Shown: piece by piece, positions 20,311 through 29,853 of the stretch
How the letters are laid out: each line of letters opens with the position of its first letter
Position numbering within the stretch: position 1 is the stretch's first letter
Source of the DNA: a virus
Lineage: Duplodnaviria; Heunggongvirae; Uroviricota; Caudoviricetes
IMG/VR virus record: IMGVR_UViG_642979322_000022
Length of the DNA: 64,000 nt
Reading direction: 5' to 3' (one strand)
Made by a program: the position numbers and the translations under genes
Notes under the pieces: model-generated
What the model was told of the DNA's origin: nothing
Database searches by the model: none
What the model saw: only the letters and a program-made list of their open reading frames with translations

Positions 20311-22406
20311 GGATTATCTTCCGCACGCTCCGTCCACAGTTTTTTCTTCCGGCGACGGCGTTTTTCTGCCCCGGCCGTCAGTTCCGGGGATACCGTTTCA
20401 CTAGAACGCTCCTGCGGGAAGACGAGCCACGTTTCCCGCTGTGCCCAGTCCGGTGCGGAGGGCCAGCGGATCTTTTCGTAACCATGCAGAACGGCAAGCG
20501 CATCCGCATAAACCAGCAGGTCAAACGCTTCGTTAGCGCCCCTGCCCGGTTTTCGCCATTTTCCGTCACTGCCGCGCTCTTCATAGGTCAGCTCATCGTA
20601 AAACCACCGCCCCAGCCAGTCGGGAAAGTGGATATAGTTCGGCCCTGGTGTGTCACGCCACAGGGCATTATTTACACGATCCTTAAACGCATCCGTCTGA
20701 ACCAGCCACAGCGCGACATCGCCACTGGCTCTGGCACGGCGGGCACTTCTGCCGGTATTATCCGGGAAGGTTCGGTTAATCAGCCTGTCACGGCGAAGTC
20801 CATCCCCCTTGAACAGAAACACCCTGTTGCCCAGTCCGTCACTCCGGCAACGACGCCAGAAACGATAGGCGTTATCTGTCACCCCGGCTTCCCCTCCCGT
20901 ATCCACCGCCATGGCCATCAGACGCATGCGCACATCCGGATCAGAAGCCAGCGGCCATGTTTTATGGAACACATCCGTCAGCAACAAATCCCAGTCCTCC
21001 GGATATGCCGCCGGATCAACCGGCAGACTTTCACCGTTGGGACTGCAGCGCAGTGAATGCCGGATGTTGTAGCGATCAACAATCCAGCGTTCCCCCTGCT
21101 CTCCGTATCCGGTGATCTGCACAACAAAACGGCGATTTTTACCGCCCTGTACGTCAACCGTTGCCTCAATAAAACGCACACCATCCGGCACAGATCGCCG
21201 GGGAAACGGCTCGGCACGCTGTTCAAGCAGTTCACTTTTACGCTGTTCCGTGGCTGAACGGGGCAGATAGGGTCGTCCGATATCGGTGTTCACCACCGCT
21301 TTCAGGGTCTCTTCACTGCCGGTTCGCTCATACTCTTCTTCTGCCGCCAGCAGTTTAAAAATCAGTTGTTCCCAGGTCTGAAACGCCGCAGCTGGCCCCT
21401 CCATCCAAAATGACGCAATCCGGGAGTTTCGTGGCGTTCCGGTGATACTGCCGTCCGCCGCCGCCCGTTCACCTTCACGAAGCCAGATCCCCTGGTTATT
21501 CAGTTCGCGTTTCTGCTCAGGGGCGATCAGCCCGCGACAATGCGGACACATCAGACGGGCAGCCTGACCGGCAGCCACAAAATCCGGGTTATTCCGGTAT
21601 CCGGTCATGTTATCCATCACCGGCTGAAAATATTCCCCGCAGTGCGGACACGGCCAGTACCACCGGCGGCGGTCTCCCCGGTTATACAGTGACAGGATCC
21701 CCGTTGTTGGCGGTGCCTCATGTGCGCCACCACAACGCCATTTGGTATCGGTGATATCCCGCCCCGGTGAACTCTCGACCAGGGTCATCCCCGAGGACAT
21801 AAAGGTGGTGGTACGCTTTGAGGCCAGCGTGAAGGCATCCCCTTCCCCGTCCACGTTTTCAGGGAAACGGTCATAATCCGTCAGCGCCACACGACGGTAA
21901 TCCGAAGAGGAAAAGACGGTGATCGACGGCCAGCCAATCTTCAGGAAGGAGCCGTCAAGAAACATTTTATCGTGGACGTTGTTGTCATTACGGGAAGGAC
22001 TGAGGCGCTTGCTGACCTCCGGACTGTGGCGAAACGTCCTGGAAAGACGCGTTCTGGAATGCTCACGCGCCTTCGTCTCAGTCATCTGCACCACCAGCAT
22101 ATCCGCCGGATCACAGATGATGCCGTACACAATCCAGCCATCAATCAGCCCTTCGGTTTTCCCGGTTCGCGCAGGTCCCACAAACACCACCGCGTCATAT
22201 TCACGGGCTGATAATGTATTAATGGGGTCAATCATATAGGGCGTCAGCGATGACTCCCACGGACCGGAAGTATTGGCTCCCCGTGGAACCCGCATATAAC
22301 GCCTGATGGCTTCCGCTACTGGTAACCGGCTGGGTGGGCGAAACAGCGAGGCCACTTCGCGCCAGATATCGGATGCGCGGCTATGGCTCTCGTTCACCTG
22401 ATTCAC
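20283..22406 (-). CDS. A: terminase large subunit (lambda A-like)
   Basis: 707 aa; N-terminus ...SLFRPP... resembles gpA, Walker A VFVGPARTGKTE, zinc-finger-like CPHCGEYFQ; GTG start. Confidence 0.9.
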   Translation of the reverse strand: MNQVNESHSRASDIWREVASLFRPPSRLPVAEAIRRYMRVPRGANTSGPWESSLTPYMIDPINTLSAREYDAVVFVGPARTGKTEGLIDGWIVYGIICDPADMLVVQMTETKAREHSRTRLSRTFRHSPEVSKRLSPSRNDNNVHDKMFLDGSFLKIGWPSITVFSSSDYRRVALTDYDRFPENVDGEGDAFTLASKRTTTFMSSGMTLVESSPGRDITDTKWRCGGAHEAPPTTGILSLYNRGDRRRWYWPCPHCGEYFQPVMDNMTGYRNNPDFVAAGQAARLMCPHCRGLIAPEQKRELNNQGIWLREGERAAADGSITGTPRNSRIASFWMEGPAAAFQTWEQLIFKLLAAEEEYERTGSEETLKAVVNTDIGRPYLPRSATEQRKSELLEQRAEPFPRRSVPDGVRFIEATVDVQGGKNRRFVVQITGYGEQGERWIVDRYNIRHSLRCSPNGESLPVDPAAYPEDWDLLLTDVFHKTWPLASDPDVRMRLMAMAVDTGGEAGVTDNAYRFWRRCRSDGLGNRVFLFKGDGLRRDRLINRTFPDNTGRSARRARASGDVALWLVQTDAFKDRVNNALWRDTPGPNYIHFPDWLGRWFYDELTYEERGSDGKWRKPGRGANEAFDLLVYADALAVLHGYEKIRWPSAPDWAQRETWLVFPQERSSETVSPELTAGAEKRRRRKKKLWTERAEDNPWITSGGWL

Positions 22407-22879
22407 ATATCGGCCTCATCACAACAGTCAATGACTGCCTTTTCCAGTGTGTCGCGGATCTCATCAACCACAATCTGTACTTCATTCAGTTGTGATGCGG
22501 TCCACCCCCTGTCCCTCTCCAGCCGGTCAGGCCAGGTTTCCAGTACCTGAACTATCGCTTTCACCACGACAGAAAAGGACCGCCTGACATCACTGACTGG
22601 CACAAGCTGACCAGTTTCCTGCTCAAATTTCAGTCGGTCACGTTCTGACTGGTACCATGCTTTACGCGCATGAGGATCCATTTCCTCGTTATCTACAGGC
22701 AGAGGAGCTTTCATCAGCTCGGCAAGGATATCTGTCAGTCGGTACAGTTTGAGATTGCTCTCATGACCACCGGCTGGGCTTATGTTTTTTACCCGAGCCG
22801 CAACAGTCTGTCGATGAGCACCGGATAATGCGGCCAGTTGGGAAATATTCAGATGCAGATTTTTTAATTCACGATCCAT
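22403..22879 (-). CDS. terminase small subunit (Nu1-like HTH)
   Basis: 158 aa with N-terminal HTH (LNISQLAALSGAHRQTVAARV); immediately upstream of the large subunit. Confidence 0.7.
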   Translation of the reverse strand: MDRELKNLHLNISQLAALSGAHRQTVAARVKNISPAGGHESNLKLYRLTDILAELMKAPLPVDNEEMDPHARKAWYQSERDRLKFEQETGQLVPVSDVRRSFSVVVKAIVQVLETWPDRLERDRGWTASQLNEVQIVVDEIRDTLEKAVIDCCDEADM

Positions 22880-23297
22880 AACTCCCCCTGAAAATTATGT
22901 AAACACACACCAGTGATGAACAAAAAACAACCAGATTCGACACTAAAAATTTTTATTTTTCTATATATCAACAACTTACACTGGTGGTGATGGTGCCATA
23001 AAAATCAAAAAATGCGCCTTTTTCCGCGCCGCCCGCCCCGTGTTCAGGCCCACCACACCAGGAGGACCCGAAAAATGATAATGGTTATCATTTGTAATGT
23101 AGTCCGGTTTCTTCCACCATCGCACCGGACCAGCGACTATGAGGGGACAACGCCGCGCTCCGTTAACGCGGTAAACCCCGGTGTGTATCGTTTTTGATTA
23201 TCCCCGCACACTCGCGCAGAGGAGTCTCCCTGTCGGGCTGCGGTCTCTGTTAATACGGGAATACGGCGACAATACCGCGCATGGATAATAAGGTCGC

Positions 23298-23522
23298 TCA
23301 ACACACTGGCTGTAATGCAGCGGATACCATGCGGCATTTAGCGGCATTCATCGTACACTCCACGGTTAGTTCTTCATTCGTGGCATTCACCTGAAAGGTC
23401 CGGGAGTGTAATTGCGTACATTTACCACTGAACGAACCTTCAACAAGAACACGACCACGCTGCAAAATACGGAACGGAATTGTTCCCTGAAAAGGTTCTA
23501 CGGTTACCCGTAATTTCTTCAT
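23298..23522 (-). CDS. hypothetical protein between Rz and the cos/terminase region
   Basis: 74-aa ORF with ATG; no family recognised. Confidence 0.3.
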   Translation of the reverse strand: MKKLRVTVEPFQGTIPFRILQRGRVLVEGSFSGKCTQLHSRTFQVNATNEELTVECTMNAAKCRMVSAALQPVC

Positions 23523-24013
23523 GTATCCTCCGGATAATAAAAAGCCAGCTTAGTGCACTGAGTGCGGATATATTCCTGCGCCCCTTCCAGCTGCTTCTGC
23601 ATTGTCATCAACCGTTCTCTGAGGATGAAATAATCCCGTTCAGCGGTGTCTGCCAGTCGGGGGCCGGTTGCATTATCCACGCCGGAGGTGCCGGTGGCTT
23701 CACGCACGGTACCGGAGCAGGTGGCGTTGATCCGCAGGCGCTTACGACCAGCGGCAACATCAGCACGCAGAGTTTCATTTTCAGCTCTCGCATCGGCTAA
23801 TTCCCTCGAGTATCTGGCATCAAGTGCAGCAACATCACGCTGGCGCTGCTGCATATCAGTAATGGTTGCATTTGCCAGCTCCAGCTCACTGACTTTTTTA
23901 TCGCGCTGCTCTTTGTAGGTTATGGCGTTATCACGGTAATGATTCAGCCCCAGACTAAGCGCACCACAGGCCACCAGCAGGGCAATGATGACCACACACA
24001 GAACGCGGTTCAT
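23519..24013 (-). CDS. Rz: i-spanin Rz
   Basis: 164 aa resembling lambda Rz (NHYRDNAITYK...RQRDVAALDA...ADTAERDYF.LRERL.TMQKQLEG). Confidence 0.9.
   Translation of the reverse strand: MNRVLCVVIIALLVACGALSLGLNHYRDNAITYKEQRDKKVSELELANATITDMQQRQRDVAALDARYSRELADARAENETLRADVAAGRKRLRINATCSGTVREATGTSGVDNATGPRLADTAERDYFILRERLMTMQKQLEGAQEYIRTQCTKLAFYYPEDT
23608..23793 (-). CDS. Rz1: o-spanin lipoprotein Rz1, embedded in Rz in another frame
   Basis: MLPLVVSACGS lipobox and proline-rich CVKPPAPPAWIMQPAPDWQTPLNGIIS like lambda Rz1. Confidence 0.8.
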   Translation of the reverse strand: MRELKMKLCVLMLPLVVSACGSTPPAPVPCVKPPAPPAWIMQPAPDWQTPLNGIISSSENG

Positions 24014-24016
24014 TTC

Positions 24017-24115
24017 ACCACCAGCGTATCTGACCGATGAAATAACCGGAGACCATAATCACAAACACCAGCCAGATAAGAATGAACTTCCAGGTAGATA
24101 ATTTTTCAGCCATCA
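24017..24115 (-). CDS. 32-aa single-TM ORF directly upstream of Rz (not in ORF track)
   Basis: Hand translation MAEKLSTWKFILIWLVFVIMVSGYFIGQIRWW; GGGAGA ~10 nt upstream; stop 1 nt before the Rz ATG. Confidence 0.3.
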
Positions 24116-24311
24116 CTCAAATCTCCCGAATCAGTTTGCTAAAATCAAACACACTTTCTCCTTTGACTTTTCCGGAGTCAGGAAACACAAAACCCCACCT
24201 GCTGCTAACAAACGGGTTTTTTACTTTTATTCACTTAGTTTTTGCCAGTTCGCAGGATTTCGTGTTATCCGCCCGTGTGAGCAAACCGCATTTTTCAGCA
24301 AAATATTCTGC

Positions 24312-24845
24312 TTATCTGTCAATTCCCCAGCACGCCAGCGCGCTCTCCTGGTCACGCCGTGAGACCTGACCGTAGCAGTTGTTTGAGCGAATACGGCAGT
24401 CTCTGCCACCGTCCTTAATCCACCAGCGAATCGCCTCGCATGCTCCCCTGCGGTCACCAGCATTAATCCGTCTGTAAAACGTCGACGGGAAACACTTACC
24501 GGGGCCAATGTTGTACGGACAGAATGACGCAATCCCCGCTTTCTGGGGTTCGGTCAGTGGCACTCTGATGTTTTTCTCCACCCATGCCAGCGCCTTATCA
24601 CGTTCAATGGCGTTAACCTGGTCGCATTTTTCCTTCGACAACTTCATGCCAGGAATCACAGGCTTACCATCCACCCGGGTGGCTCCACGGCAGATGGTCC
24701 AGATACCCGCACCATCACGGTATGCCGTGGTGTGGTTACCTTCTTTTTCGTCAAGAAACTGGTCGAGAATTTCAGGCGCAGAAGCACCTGCGGCAATCAG
24801 CGCCAGAACGGCAGCCGATAAACCATAGCGGAGTTTCCTGCTCAT
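24312..24845 (-). CDS. R: endolysin R, lysozyme-type with N-terminal signal-anchor-release (SAR) domain
   Basis: 177 aa; weakly hydrophobic Gly/Ala-rich N-terminus LSAAVLALIAAGASAP then T4-lysozyme-like core (DxxGxWTIxxG-like: DGAGIWTICRG). Confidence 0.85.
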   Translation of the reverse strand: MSRKLRYGLSAAVLALIAAGASAPEILDQFLDEKEGNHTTAYRDGAGIWTICRGATRVDGKPVIPGMKLSKEKCDQVNAIERDKALAWVEKNIRVPLTEPQKAGIASFCPYNIGPGKCFPSTFYRRINAGDRRGACEAIRWWIKDGGRDCRIRSNNCYGQVSRRDQESALACWGIDR

Positions 24846-24849
24846 CAGC

Positions 24850-25065
24850 TTACTCTCCCCGTGCCGCCTTACGCCTGTCCTCTCTGATTTTGAAATACAG
24901 GTTCGTCAGATATGTCAGCAGCCCAAACAGCAGACTCCCCAGCACGCCTATTGCCGCCCACTGAGACGGGGAAACCCTGTCCAGCAACTGCAGGAACCAG
25001 TAGCCCGTTCCCACCGCTGACGTGGTGTATGACACACCTGTTGTGATTTTTTCCATCTGGTACAT
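24850..25065 (-). CDS. S: holin S, phage 21 pinholin type, with dual-start motif
   Basis: 71 aa; Met1 and Met4 (MYQM...); two TM segments; ends [13 protein letters not shown]. Confidence 0.85.
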   Translation of the reverse strand: MYQMEKITTGVSYTTSAVGTGYWFLQLLDRVSPSQWAAIGVLGSLLFGLLTYLTNLYFKIREDRRKAARGE

Positions 25066-25141
25066 ACCCCGTCTCCCGCAATCCGGAAGCTCACAACATG
25101 AAAAAGGCCAGCAGCTGTTTACTGATGGCCCTGACTCCCCG

Positions 25142-25414
25142 TTACAGCATCATGACCGATTCGGGTTGAGGTTCAGTCGCATCGGCGACCGGTGATTCAG
25201 GCTGAACTTCACCGCTCTCTGCGGTGGTATCTCCCGCTTCAGTCGGTGGCTCTGCCTGTACACCAAGCAGCTCATCCAGAATGGCATCAACCTCTGCATC
25301 AAGACGCGCTTCCAGGTTATGGCGAAGTTTTTGTTTCAGTGCACTCAGGACTTCTTCAGAGCGCAGGACTTCCTTCACTGCCTCAGCAGTGACCAGGGAT
25401 GTAATTTCTGACAT
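25142..25414 (-). CDS. acidic hypothetical protein (about 90 aa from MSEITSLV...)
   Basis: Internal ATG gives a 90-aa acidic protein; the 148-aa track version carries an implausible N-terminal extension. Confidence 0.4.
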   Translation of the reverse strand: MSEITSLVTAEAVKEVLRSEEVLSALKQKLRHNLEARLDAEVDAILDELLGVQAEPPTEAGDTTAESGEVQPESPVADATEPQPESVMML

Positions 25415-25453
25415 GGGATTTTCTCGTCGAAAGGTGTGATTAAGAAAGTTGCC

Positions 25454-25633
25454 GCTAAATGAGCGGCTCTTCGGGTTTGCTTCCGGCTGACTGACTGGCG
25501 CTGATTTTCTCAGCGGCCCTTTTGTCAATCTGTCTGCGCCAGAAGTCACGCATGGCCCGGTATCCACCCGAAAGGAGATACAGCACACAGACCACCGTAC
25601 AGAAGTACAGCATCAGCTGATGAATAAATGTCA
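25454..25633 (-). CDS. 59-aa small membrane protein ORF (not in ORF track)
   Basis: Hand translation MTFIHQLMLYFCTVVCVLYLLSGGYRAMRDFWRRQIDKRAAEKISASQSAGSKPEEPLI. Confidence 0.3.
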
Positions 25634-25770
25634 TAATTTCTTACCGTTATGGTTGACTAAGTAAACAGTTTTCATTTAAAAATGCCGATGACGAAAGTGG
25701 TAGTATCTTTCCTTGATTCTCCATGAATCTCACACCGCCAGAGGTCTCAGGCAACTGGCGGCTTTTTTTA

Positions 25771-27717
25771 TCATGCCGCGGCATCCGCGTTGTTCACTTC
25801 CACCGCAATGCTGTCAATCAGCACCGGGTAAGTCGCATTCCTGGTAATGTCTGTCACATGCAGTTTATCCGCCGCAAATGCACTGACCGGTGACTGCGTC
25901 AGCGTGAACGGTGTGCCATCCTGACCATCAATAACCGGCGTCACCTGAAGGCTGTTATTCCCGGCAAAGCGGAAAGCCAGCGTATGCCATTCGTTATCAA
26001 ATGCGCCAAAGGTTCCCAGTTTCAGGTTGTTTGTCGCCACTTTCGCATTGTGGTACATCACATTCAGGTCTTTTGCATCTGTCTGGATGTAGAACGCTGC
26101 CAGCAGGTTATTCCCCCCGTCTCCGGTCAGGGCAACGCCCTGTGGCAGTGAAGATACCGGCCAGTAAAACGCCATAACATACTGGTTCGCAGCCAGCGCT
26201 CCCGAAACCTTAAAGCGGCAGCGAATCTGCCCCCCTTTCTGTAACAGAGCCGCACCGTTGCCCGCGGCGTACTCCAGCACCCAGCTGCTTTTACCGGCTT
26301 CCTTGGTCAGCTTCACTGCCTTACCTCCGGTTCCCTCCGCATCGCTGACCACTTCTGCCCTGCCGCCACTGGCTGACCATCCCTGTACTTTCAGGCTTCC
26401 CTCTGACTCGCTGGCAAGGTAAGAGAGCAGTGTTGTGACGCCTGTGGCTTCTGCACCGGAAGGCGATGACGGGCGCACCTCTGATACTGTCGATGATGCC
26501 CCCGCGTTTAGCGCCACTCTTCCCGCATGGCGCAAAATCGCCGTTGCCAGACGGTCGGAAATAATCCCACGGCGTGCCCAGGCGCTGAAATGGCTCGCCC
26601 TGTCCTGTGACGTCCAGGTGGCTGAGCTGTCACGCCATTTCGAACCGTAATATCCGATACCCGGAATGTCCGGGTCTTCTTCCGGTTTGTTCGTCGGCAC
26701 ATTCACCCCGTTCTCATCGGTCATGAACGGTACGAAATGGATATTCTTTTCCGTTTTGTTTTTATAGCTGCCGTACACCGTCTGGTACGTGGATTCGTTC
26801 TTCTGCTTCCAGAAATACGTCGTATCTCCACATATCCAGGGAACACCGCCAGCAGAGCCACCGACGCACTGACCTGCCATATCCGCCAGGTCTGCACGGA
26901 ATTTATCAACCAGCGCACCAAACTGTGCTGCGTGATTTACCGGCGTACCGCCAAAATCAAATTCCCCCTGCATCCACACCACGGCAAACAGCACATTTTT
27001 CGGATTCTTCTTCAGTGCTGCTTTTGTTCGACCGATAAGGTCCTTATACAGCGGCTTGTCCACACCCCAGCGGGTTGAATTCTCCGAGGCACCACTCGCG
27101 TCACTGTATGTGCCATCGGCTCCGGTGGTGAACGCTGAACCACCACGACAGCACGGAACCAGCAGAATGCCCGCATTCGCCGGTATAAACGGCAGCAATT
27201 TTTTGGCGATATGCAGCCCCTGCCCCACGGTTCCGTACTGCCCCTTTGACAGGTCCGCTTTCGGATGGTTAAGGCGGCTCATGTCCTGCACATCATGCAG
27301 ACAATGGTCCGCCGGAATGATGTCGTTATATTTACAGGCGACACCGCCCGGTGTCACCGTACTGCGGCGCGCCAGCTGCTTAATACGCGGGTCCGGACGG
27401 TCATATGTCTCCGGCAGCGGAAGGCCTTCACCATATGCCATGCTGTTTGACTGCCCCGCCAGAACCACAACAAAGTAATACTCCGGGTCGCTGGTGGCAC
27501 TGATTACTGCACCTTCTCCACCTGTCGGCTTCACCACAACAGGTGTGCTCACATCACCTTCTGCGACAATCGCCTGAATAAGTGCTGCGCCATCATCCGT
27601 ATACGAAGAAAACGGCCCACCGTATGGTTGCCATCCTTCACGAATTTTTTGCGCAAGTGCATCAGCAAGGTCTGACGGCGATGCCGCCCTGACCACATCG
27701 TAATGTTTAAATGTCAT
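25771..27717 (-). CDS. NanS-p-like sialate O-acetylesterase (SGNH/DUF303 domain plus C-terminal lectin-like domain)
   Basis: 648 aa with esterase motif LAGQSNSMAYGEG; occupies the slot between Q and the lysis genes where this gene sits in Stx and related lambdoid phages. Confidence 0.75.
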   Translation of the reverse strand: MTFKHYDVVRAASPSDLADALAQKIREGWQPYGGPFSSYTDDGAALIQAIVAEGDVSTPVVVKPTGGEGAVISATSDPEYYFVVVLAGQSNSMAYGEGLPLPETYDRPDPRIKQLARRSTVTPGGVACKYNDIIPADHCLHDVQDMSRLNHPKADLSKGQYGTVGQGLHIAKKLLPFIPANAGILLVPCCRGGSAFTTGADGTYSDASGASENSTRWGVDKPLYKDLIGRTKAALKKNPKNVLFAVVWMQGEFDFGGTPVNHAAQFGALVDKFRADLADMAGQCVGGSAGGVPWICGDTTYFWKQKNESTYQTVYGSYKNKTEKNIHFVPFMTDENGVNVPTNKPEEDPDIPGIGYYGSKWRDSSATWTSQDRASHFSAWARRGIISDRLATAILRHAGRVALNAGASSTVSEVRPSSPSGAEATGVTTLLSYLASESEGSLKVQGWSASGGRAEVVSDAEGTGGKAVKLTKEAGKSSWVLEYAAGNGAALLQKGGQIRCRFKVSGALAANQYVMAFYWPVSSLPQGVALTGDGGNNLLAAFYIQTDAKDLNVMYHNAKVATNNLKLGTFGAFDNEWHTLAFRFAGNNSLQVTPVIDGQDGTPFTLTQSPVSAFAADKLHVTDITRNATYPVLIDSIAVEVNNADAAA

Positions 27718-27911
27718 GAATCCTCCCGGCCGGGATAGTGTACTGAATCAGATAAAGAGCGGGCTGAAGTCCGGAAGTTACAGGACAATGGCAGAAGGGA
27801 GACTTACAGCCCGCAATTCGAAAAAGGCCGCGCAGTTGCGCAGAGTGATTACCATGGGGTATTATTCGCCAGCTGAAATATTACTTCACGTTTTGTTGTT
27901 TATTCCTTGCC

Positions 27912-27940
27912 GCCCGCGTCTCCCAGCGCGGGCTTTTTTT
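27912..27940 (+). terminator. rho-independent terminator (plus strand)
   Basis: GCCCGCG-TCTCCCAG-CGCGGGC followed by seven T. Confidence 0.55.
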
Positions 27941-27946
27941 GCCCAT

Positions 27947-27971
27947 AAAAAAAGCCCCTCCGGAGAGGGGC
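27947..27971 (-). terminator. rho-independent terminator (minus strand), back-to-back with the plus-strand one
   Basis: Minus-strand GCCCCTC-TCCG-GAGGGGC followed by TTTTTTT. Confidence 0.6.
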
Positions 27972-28220
27972 TTCGCTACGTGTCTGTTAACCATATGCAT
28001 GGTGCCGGGTGCCTCCCGGTGAGTTCAGTATCAGCACCTGAACCCGCACAGAAAGGATAGAGTAGAAACACCTGCGCTGATATGCCCCTCCGCTCAGGGG
28101 GATTCACCATGCCAGTTTCTTTTAACAAACTCCCCGCAAACCAGACAACTGTCAACCGTCTGAATTGTGAGACATTTAAAATTTTCGGGGCGTACCTGAT
28201 ACCCGGTTAATTCTGCAATA

Positions 28221-29279
28221 TCATCCGTTCTGACTGACTAAATCCTGTACTTCCCTGACCGTCTGCTCAAAACGTTCAGTCTCCAGCTCAACGCCAGTTG
28301 CACGACGCCCCAGCGCCATCGCGGCTTTGACTGTCGAACCCGACCCCATGAAGAAATCTGCAACCAGGTCACCCGGACGACTGCTCGCACTGATTATCTG
28401 CTGCAGCATTTCTGCCGGTTTTTCGCACGGATGTTTCCCGGGATAGTACTGCACCGGTTTATGCGTCCACACATCCGTGTACGGCACCTGCGCCGTCACG
28501 CCAAAATACCGCCGCAGATGCTTATATTCACTCTGTAGTTCCGCATACTGCCGGTTCAGTGAAGTATACGTCTCCAGCAGCTGGTGGTGGGGCTTCTCCA
28601 GTTCACCCCGCTGATGCTTCTCTTCTGCCACCCGGGCAAACAGCGCCTGTAATTTCAGATAATCGCTTTCGTCCGGCAGCTGCCACTGACTGGCACTGAA
28701 CCAGTGCGACACCATGTTTTTCTTTCCTGTGGCATCCACTATCTGTTTTGCCGTTATCCCCAGAGCAGCACGCGCATCACGAAAGTAAGAAATCAGCGGA
28801 GCCATCACATGCTGTTTCAGTGCCCTGCCCTTCGCCTCATACCCGGCATCTTTCGGACGATACGGCCCCTGATAATGTTCCGCGAACAGAATGCGCTCTG
28901 TGGCGGGGAAATACGCCCTCAGGCTTTCCTTGTTGCACCCGTTCCAGCGTCCGGACGGCTTCGCCCAGATAATATGGTTCAGCACACTGAAGCGTTCACG
29001 CATCATGATTTCAATGTCAGATGCCAGGCGATGGCCACAGAACAGGTAAAGACTTCCGGCAGGTTTCAGCACCCGCCAGAACTGCGCCAGACACTGGTCC
29101 AGCCACTTCAGGTAATCATCGTCGCCCTTCCACTGGTTATCCCAGCCCTCAGGCTTCACTTTAAAGTACGGCGGGTCCGTGACTATCAGGTCAACAGAAT
29201 TTTCGGGTAACGACCGGATAAATTCCAGGCAGTCAGCGTTGATCAACTCACAACTGGATATTTTTACAGTGTTAAACAT
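28221..29279 (-). CDS. phage orphan DNA methyltransferase (DPPY motif; N6-adenine or N4-cytosine class)
   Basis: 352 aa with DLIVTDPPYF motif and later AdoMet-binding region (DFFMGSGST); no adjacent restriction gene. Confidence 0.85.
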   Translation of the reverse strand: MFNTVKISSCELINADCLEFIRSLPENSVDLIVTDPPYFKVKPEGWDNQWKGDDDYLKWLDQCLAQFWRVLKPAGSLYLFCGHRLASDIEIMMRERFSVLNHIIWAKPSGRWNGCNKESLRAYFPATERILFAEHYQGPYRPKDAGYEAKGRALKQHVMAPLISYFRDARAALGITAKQIVDATGKKNMVSHWFSASQWQLPDESDYLKLQALFARVAEEKHQRGELEKPHHQLLETYTSLNRQYAELQSEYKHLRRYFGVTAQVPYTDVWTHKPVQYYPGKHPCEKPAEMLQQIISASSRPGDLVADFFMGSGSTVKAAMALGRRATGVELETERFEQTVREVQDLVSQNG

Positions 29280-29416
29280 GGATCATTAAGCCTGTCTCTG
29301 ATAGGCTCATTCTGCTTTTGCGCAAAGCAGTGGGCCTGAGGTTTGCTTGTGATCCAGACGCATGAGCAGATGGCTGGTGAGTGCCCCTAACACCCACCAG
29401 CCGCCCATTTACCACA

Positions 29417-29443
29417 AATAAAAAAGCCTTCAGGACTGAAGGC
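29417..29443 (-). terminator. rho-independent terminator-like hairpin
   Basis: Minus-strand GCCTTCAG..CTGAAGGC followed by TTTTTTATTT; overlaps the stop of the 77-aa ORF. Confidence 0.45.
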
Positions 29444-29663
29444 GTCTGTAACAACCGAACTGATAGTCTGCCAGACCCGCCATAACAAGCTGGGTCAGTA
29501 TTAACTGGCAGCGTTCGCGTGAAAGGTAAGTATTCTGCGCAATCTCCCCGACTGTCGCCGGTTCGGTGACGCTTAATTCATTAAACACTGCTCTGGCGGT
29601 TTCTGTCATATCCTGCTGTTTCAGCATGTCTTTTTCCCTTTTTCGGTTAACGTGACACACCAA
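29430..29663 (-). CDS. hypothetical small protein
   Basis: 77-aa track ORF (shorter from internal Met MLKQQDMTETARAVFNEL...); could instead lie inside a short leader transcript. Confidence 0.3.
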   Translation of the reverse strand: MVCHVNRKREKDMLKQQDMTETARAVFNELSVTEPATVGEIAQNTYLSRERCQLILTQLVMAGLADYQFGCYRRLQS

Positions 29664-29748
29664 TAACTCTTGTCAAAAAAGCCAGCAAGCTGAAAGACCG
29701 GTATTCACCGCCACCAGCGCGTTTACTGTACTGACGCGATTTCAGTCA

Positions 29749-29771
29749 TAAAAAACCCGCCATGCGGCGGG
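29749..29771 (-). terminator. rho-independent terminator ~100 nt downstream of Q (candidate tR')
   Basis: Minus-strand CCCGCC-GCAT-GGCGGG followed by TTTTTTATG. Confidence 0.5.
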
Positions 29772-29853
29772 GTGTAAAAAATCTTCTAACGTCAGGCATA
29801 AAACGCCCATCGTTAGGGCAAATTTACCACAGATTCGGGAAAAATCAACAAAG

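Noticed and set aside
22880-23300. Candidate cos site upstream of the small terminase gene (GC-rich CGCGCCGCCCGCCCC near 23025)
   Set aside because: Only a loose resemblance to the lambda cohesive-end sequence as I recall it; cannot be placed without experimental end mapping, so not reported as a feature.
25415-25588. N-terminal 58 codons of the 148-aa track ORF 25142..25588
   Set aside because: Cys/Pro/Arg-rich low-complexity extension from an upstream start; it overlaps a better candidate 59-aa ORF in another frame; the internal Met (MSEITSLV...) is preferred.
27716-28060. 114-aa plus-strand ORF in the gap between esterase and methyltransferase (where stx would sit in a Stx phage)
   Set aside because: Spans two intrinsic terminators, has no recognisable fold, and shows no resemblance to StxA/StxB; judged non-coding.
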